A stretch of 64,000 nucleotides of DNA from contig CM120644.1 of NCBI GenBank assembly GCA_051362555.1, forward strand, positions 23,334,534-23,398,533, in the 5' to 3' direction. This document shows positions 52,595-64,000 of this stretch, one piece after another (position 1 is the first letter of the stretch; every line of letters begins with the position of its first letter). The stretch is from Lingula anatina (lineage: Eukaryota; Animalia; Brachiopoda). The translations under genes and the position numbers were made by a program. The notes beneath the pieces were generated by a model. It made no database searches. It was not told where the DNA came from and worked only from the letters and a program-made list of their open reading frames with translations.

Positions 52595-53201
52595 CAAGTG
52601 TCACCACTGTCTCATTATCAGTTGTCACAATTGCCCTCCTTCATTGTGACATTATGTCTCTGTCACTGTCACAAACTCTTCATTGTGCCAGAAATGTTTG
52701 TCATTTTGTGACTGTCTTCATTGTGCAACATTGTCCACATTGTGTCATAATTTCCACATTGTTTCATTATGTTCTCATTATGTCACATTGTCTTCATTGT
52801 GTAATATTGTCCTCATTGTGTCATATTGCCCTCAATTTGTCACACTGGCCTCATGTCACATTGTCCTTATGTCACATTGTCCCCATTGTGTCACTGTGTC
52901 CACATTGTGTCACACTGACCTCATTGTGTCACACTGTCATCATTATGTCACTTTGTCCTCATTGTGTCATATTGCCCTCAATTTGGCACACTGGCCTCAT
53001 GTCACATTGTCCTTATGTCACATTGTCTCCATTGTGTCACTGTGTCCACATTGTGTCACACTGACCTCATTGTGTCACACTGTCATCATTATGTCACATT
53101 GTCCTCATTGTGTCACTGTGTCCACATTGTGTCACACTGACCTCATTGTGTCACACTGTCATCATTATGTCACATTGTCCTCATTGTGTCATATTGCCCT
53201 C
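52595..53201 (+). repeat. Intronic low-complexity repeat (tcattgtgtcac variants) with a ~146-bp higher-order unit
   Basis: cctcattgtgtcatattgccctc at 52811, 52957 and 53179; ends at the acceptor of exon 53209. Confidence 0.9.
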
Positions 53202-53294
53202 CTTCCAGGGACCCAGTGAGGACCCAGGTATCAACCAGAGAGGACTGATGGAGCTGTTCAGGGAGACTGCTGACAGGGCTCTGGAGTGGCAGTA

Positions 53295-54211
53295 TGACAT
53301 CACAGTCAGTGTAATGGAGATCTACACTGAAATGATCAGGTAAAGTGTGACATCACAGTCAGTGTGATGGAGATCTTCAATGAAATGATCAGGTAAAGTG
53401 TGACATCACAGTCAGCGTGATGGAGATCTACAATGAAATGATCAGTAGTGTTATGTCACAGTCAGTGTGATGGAGATCTACAATGAAATGATCAGGTAAA
53501 GTGTGACATCACAGTCAGTGTGATGGAGATCTACAATGAAATGATCAGGTAAAGTGTGACATCACAGTCAGTGTGATGGAGATCTACAATGAAATGATCA
53601 GTTAAAGTGTGACATCACATGATGGAGATCTACAATGAAATGATCAGGTAAAGTGTGACATCACATGATGGAGATGTACAATGAAATGATCAGGTAAAGT
53701 TGTGATGTCACAGTCAGTGTGATGGAGATCTACAATGAAATGATCAGGTAAAGTGTGACATCACAGTCAGTGTGATGGAGATCTACAATGAAATGATCAG
53801 GTAAAGTGTGACATCACAGTCAGTGTGATGGAGATCTACAATGAAATGATCAGGTAAAGTGTGACATCACAGTCAGTGTGATGGAGATGTACAATGAAAT
53901 GATCAGGTAAAGTGTGACATCACAGTCAGTGTAATGGAGATCTACAATGAAATGATCAGGTAAAGTGTGACATCACAGTCAGTGTGATGGAGATCTACAA
54001 TGAAATGATCAGGTAAAGTGTGACATCACAGTCAGTGTGATGGAGATCTACAATGAAATGATCAGGTAAAGTGTGACATCACAGTCAGTGTGATGGAGAT
54101 CTACAATGAAATGATCAGGTAAAGTGTGACATCACAGTCAGTGTGATGGAGATCTACAATGAAATGATCAGGTAAAGTGTGATGTCACAGTCAGTGTGAT
54201 GGAGATCTACA
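53295..54211 (+). repeat. 53-bp exon/donor minisatellite, copy B (~17.5 units)
   Basis: Same unit as 10496-11262; the first unit lies inside exon 53209-53339. Confidence 0.95.
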
Positions 54212-55320
54212 GTAGCACTACTATTTTCTGGTAATTGACTGATAAATTATGCGTTGGAGTATAGTAAAAAAACATTGGAATTTTCAAAATTGGTCTGGAT
54301 TTATCTGGAATTTAGCAGTAAGATTTATTTCATTGATCATATATGTCATCAAGCTCCTTAAATATGATACTTTACATAGGCACGACTCTAGAACAATATC
54401 AGTAATTAAATATATTATATAAAGTCCATGTTAAATATTTATATAAATTAAAAAGTATATATAATTAATGTGATATAAATATGAATTTTATTAAATATCA
54501 GATACTTGATGAGTTCTTAGCCCATCTATGAAACAGATGTAAAGACGATCAGTCCCAAATCTGGTAGATAACAGTATAACATACAATATGATTTTAATGT
54601 TATCAATCCCCAGAGACCTTTTGAGTTCTGACCCCAGCTACAAGATGGAGGTGAAGATGAGCCCTGAGGGGGGTCTGTATGTCCCAGGGCTGACCACCAT
54701 CAGGGTCCAGTCTGTGGAGGATATTAATGAGGTGAGGACATCGACTAAGTTACCATGCCAACATGATATAAGGTGCTTTGGTCACACATTTATGGAATTG
54801 CAATCTGTACAAACATAAGCATGTGCTCGTCCATATATTTTGGTATATTGTCCTTCTGGCTGAAAAGACTAAAATTTATTGGCATGCACATATAGACAGA
54901 TGGACAGCACGCACACGTGCACACACACTTGCATGCACTGTTTTAAATGAAATGTGTGCATGGATTGGAAAAGTTGGTTATCGATCTTTAAAAGCATCAA
55001 AATGACAATTAAAAATGTGTATATTATAGTATTTCACACCAGTACTTTGCCATCTTCATCAATAGCAGACAGCCTGTTGTTTTAAAAGACTTCCTGTGAG
55101 AGTGTATATCTTGTTCCTTTCAGACCTTTGCCCTAGGACACAGGAACAGAGCGACAGCATGCACGAACATGAATGAGCACTCCTCCCGCTCGCATGCTCT
55201 GCTCTGTGTGAACGTGATTGGGAGGAACAAAACTACTGGAGCCAAGACTGTGGGTGAGTAGAAATGGTAAAATCAATAAAAATAGATAAAACAATTCTTT
55301 ATTTCAGATACACAGCTCTG

Positions 55321-57107
55321 TTTTTTTTATGTACAGACACAGATGTGTCTGTACATATTCCCATCACCTGCGTCTGTCGTCGCCAGCGCCGTGCACTTTC
55401 CTTGTAAACACGATAAGTGGAAGGCAGTTTTACTTTTTGGCTTTATATTTACAGAGCTAATGAATATTCATAAAACGCAGGTCAAGTTCGAAAATTAGCA
55501 TGATCGGGTCATTATTGTAGAAGTTATGCTGTTTTTTCACTTTTCAGCATATATGCAACACTGTAAACACATTTCAAGGAAAACCGATAGGCCTGTTGTC
55601 ATGAAACTTACAGGTGTAATCGATCTTACTAAAACGCAGGTCAAGTTCAAAAAATTGGCATGATCGGGCCACAATTTTAGTAGTTATGCTTTTTTTTTTC
55701 ACTTTTCAGCATATATGCAACACTGTAAACACAATATAAGAAAAACAGATAGGCCAATTGTCATTAAACTCACAGGAGTGGTCAATCCTGTTAAAACGCA
55801 GGTTGAGTTAAAAAAATCAGCATAAACAGGCCATTATTTTAGAAGTTATGCTGTTTTTTCACATTTCCTCAGATTCAATTCTTAGGCATGTTAACAGTTT
55901 CATTATTTAATTAATAAGATATGTAAAAGTGTTTGTTTGACATTTCCTGCATCTTTACAACATTGTTAGTTGATTTTGTAAAAATGATGGTAAACTTTTT
56001 GTCGTGTATTATGTAATAAAGTTTCAAAAATGGAAATAAACTCATATCATTGCAGTTTGTCAGATTCAATCATTCACTATGTTCAGAATCTCAGAATGGA
56101 AGAAATTGGACATTTAACACTGCTCTATTGATATTTTTCCCATCTCATCAATTTTCTTAGTTGATCATATAAAAACAGTAGTAAACTGTTAATTTTGTTT
56201 TATGTTAGAAATTGTTAAAACTGGAAAAAAAAAAAAACATTTCAGAACATTGCTGTCTTGTTTACATTTTGGCATTTTCAAGTTGTGACTTTGAAGTTCC
56301 ATCAGCCTGAAGACCTTTGCTAGTCACATTTTCTGAATATCCATAATACTAATATTTTATTATTAAAATTGATGATCATTATGCTGTTAAACATTATGTA
56401 ATATTGCATCAAAATTTGAAAAAAAAAAACTATTTTGGGCACTGCTCCCATGATGACCATTTAAGAAAAAACATGTCACTTACTGTTCTCAAACTTACAG
56501 GAAAGAAACATGGGACTAAAATACAGCTTCAGTAGGCAATGCAGTCTGTCTGGTAATTCTTACTGCCAGTTAAACGTTTTTTTTTTTTTTTCTTTTGTGA
56601 AAATTTAATTTTTCACATATTTTCAAGGTGTGACTTTGAAGTTCCACGGGCTTGAAGACCCATGCTAGTCACATTTTCTGAAAATCCATGATACGTATAT
56701 TTTATTATTAAAAATTAACAGTCATTATGCTGTTAACCATTATGTAATATGGCATCAGAATAGAAGAAAACACAATTTTGGGTGCTGCTGCCATGATGAC
56801 CATTATGGGAAAACCATGTTACTTATGATTGCCAAACTTTCAAAAAAGAAATACAGGAGTAAAATGCAGCCTGAGTTGGAAAAACAGTCTAATTGGCTTC
56901 TTTTTCTGGAAGTTATACATTTTCAAAGTGTGAACTTGTTACACATTTTACTTACATTGGTATTACCTGTTGAGCATAATTAAAATTTGATGTTGAATTT
57001 GCAGTTTAACATAATGTACTTTCGCATCAGAATTGACAGTAGCCTATTTTGTGCATAGTTATTTCCTGTTTTTTGTCTGTACATTTGACAGCTTTGCTGC
57101 CTTGTTT
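55321..57107 (+). mobile_element. Complete Helentron family 1 element (paralogue of 12363-14147)
   Basis: Same termini and insertion site as in copy A. Confidence 0.8.
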
Positions 57108-57408
57108 TAAAATTAGATTGCAAATTACCTGAGCTTATAAATGGTATAAATTACACATTGCTAAAAGAGAGATTTGAAAGGGATGTCATATATGCGACCT
57201 GTGATCAGGCTGGTCACAGTTTTGCCAGCACTGCAGCTAGACAGTGGTTACTGTGGCACCCCTGGCGCATTGTGATATGTATACCTATTATAGATTGCAT
57301 TAATTCTGAAAAAATAATTTGATATTTCTCCTTATAGTTATTATGACTTTCTGAACACAAATATGCCCTTTTTTAGGAAACTCTGCTTCTCTCTCTCCCT
57401 CCCCTCTA

Positions 57409-57456
<48 letters not shown>

Positions 57457-57909
57457 GAAATTGGAATATTCCAAGTGCATTATGTCTGATATTCCCATCA
57501 TGATATGCATATTATAATATTTAAAATGCCTGATTGCCAATATTGTAACTTATCATACTCGTTATATAATAAATAATAATAACAATAATGTTCATTTGCA
57601 ACCAAAATACCAGTAGTCAGATTGTAAAACTATTAATTGTTATATTCACTTGATAAGAATAAGATAAATAAAATTGTTAATTGTTTTTAAAAAGTGCTTA
57701 GGTGAAATAAAACATTTATTATTTATTTAACTATATTTATTGATGGTAAAATGGTAGGTCTATGTAAACTTTATCTTCTCCGGGGCCCTCATGAGGCTAG
57801 TAAAAGTACACAAATAAAACCTCCATTAAATTAGTGAAAAATATAAAGTATTGTATTGACTAATAAATCATACATTGTCCAAATTGTTTCCATTGTCTAA
57901 AGACAGTAA

Positions 57910-62657
<4,748 letters not shown>

Positions 62658-62793
62658 GGAAGATGACAAAAATAACAAATGAAACGTGGCAGAATAAGAC
62701 ATCCTTTTCTGTAAGGGAAAGGAGGTAAAAGAACCCTGAAGGAATGACGAAATTGTAAAAGAGAGTTGAAAACATATGGCTTTTATTTTTATT

Positions 62794-62828
<35 letters not shown>

Positions 62829-64000
62829 TTAGGAATGTAAGTTTTCAGCTAATATGCATATGCAAAGAGGATGACCATTAAAACTGGTTCAGAAAAATGT
62901 ATATAAGTGCATAAGGTTATTTTGTACAAAAGAAAAAAAAGTGCAGAAGTGACATTTTCAACTACATTCTGATGGTAGTGCTGAAGACATTGAAAGCAAA
63001 ATGTGACTACTGTATATGTCATTATGTATATAAAAGTACACAATACCTGCAAAGCCTCAAGGATATACAATACAGCAGTACATATTATATATGCTGGTCT
63101 GTAAAATAAAATATTCCAGGTAAATTAGGTGAGTGGCAGTCATGCTTTAGTCTTTTTGTCTGGTTTTTGGTAAGATTTATTGGTTATTTAATCTGCAGTG
63201 TGATATTTTAAAGAAGAACTTAATAGTAACACAGTTCAAAAGTTTATTTGTAAGCAAACAGGGCATTAAATTAAAAGTTGTCTGTTTACAAACTTAAAGG
63301 AAGTCATTTTACATTGAAGTGTTTGGTTTAGATACAGATCAAAAGGGCGCACGTATTTTGAATATGTAAACAAGATTTAGATAAAATGCTAGTTTGAAAT
63401 GGTTGGTCATTTAGTTTGAAAATTGTAATATCCTATTCTCTGAAAAGAGAAGAGTCTGGTGTCAATGCAGCTGTTGTAATAATTAATTCATTATGACTAT
63501 AATATGATTTTGACTAGAAACCAGATAGTTCTCCATTTTCCCCTGATGAACATGGTATATTTAAAGTACAGAAAACCACAAATGGGATAGTTTATATCTT
63601 ACTGGCTATAAGAATCGGAGGTAGAAATATATATATAAATGGATGTTCCATTTATTGCAAACACAGGTACCTATCGTACCACATGTATGTGAGCGTTTTC
63701 AGGATTTTGGCTGTCTGTGTGAGTACATTAAATTGGAGAAAATAGACATAGATAGACAAAGCTCTTTATTTGACTGTCTCTGTAGATATTCAGAAGTTTA
63801 AATTTAAGATTGTCCAAAGGCGAGCAGCAGTGCATATAATTCCTAAGGTTCAAAGACCTGATTGTATTGGTATGTGTAATTCATTTATCAGTTGTTTGTG
63901 ATTGTACATAAATTCGTGGAGTTTTGTATTGTTAGAATGTATTATACATGTAAATCCTTATTGGTAATTACCAAACAGCAGTGAGAATATGATAATCCTA

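Larger units (their letters stand above)
41594..55253 (+). pseudogene. KIFC3: KIFC3-like kinesin-14 pseudogene, copy B (N-terminus to switch I)
   Basis: Exons 41594-41638, 42912-43026, 43376-43453, 46823-46911, 47198-47390, 47686-~47900, 48337-48477, 48960-49163, 49604-49783, 50011-50205, 50716-50799, 51040-51151, 51515-51699, 52252-52356, 53209-53339, 54614-54731, 55124-55253. Encodes [42 protein letters not shown] and NEHSSRSH. In-frame TAG at 51601; P-loop Gly is Arg at 52336; no DLAGSE exon. Confidence 0.9.

Noticed and set aside
52811-52957. 146-bp period shared with the Helentron array, near nucleosome length
   Set aside because: The sequences are unrelated and there are only about two units; treated as coincidence.
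52561-53219. Cys/His-rich ORFs of 167 and 178 aa (metallothionein-like)
   Set aside because: Translations of an intronic low-complexity repeat that is open in several frames.

Overview
AT-rich, intron-containing metazoan DNA, most likely a marine invertebrate; the taxon cannot be fixed from the sequence. The window is a head-to-tail segmental duplication: copy A runs 1-37167 and copy B runs 37168 to beyond 64000 (B 64000 matches A ~24726). The unit is a mosaic, in this order: fragments of a Zn-dependent alcohol dehydrogenase gene; a Helentron-type element (family 1); the 5' part of a KIFC3 kinesin-14 gene ending after the switch-I exon; a second family-1 element; an apparently promoterless hnRNP C/RALY-type RRM gene that also encodes two BCL11-like zinc fingers; an intact intronless glycosyltransferase-like ORF; and an internally deleted Mutator-like transposon (SWIM, Ulp1, PHD). 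The ADH, KIFC3 and RRM genes are broken in both copies by different lesions. Copy A alone carries a full-length 2A-PHD-APE-RT LINE. A 53-bp minisatellite is built from a kinesin exon end plus its splice donor. Exon structures were read by eye from GT/AG sites and reading frame; no database searches were run.
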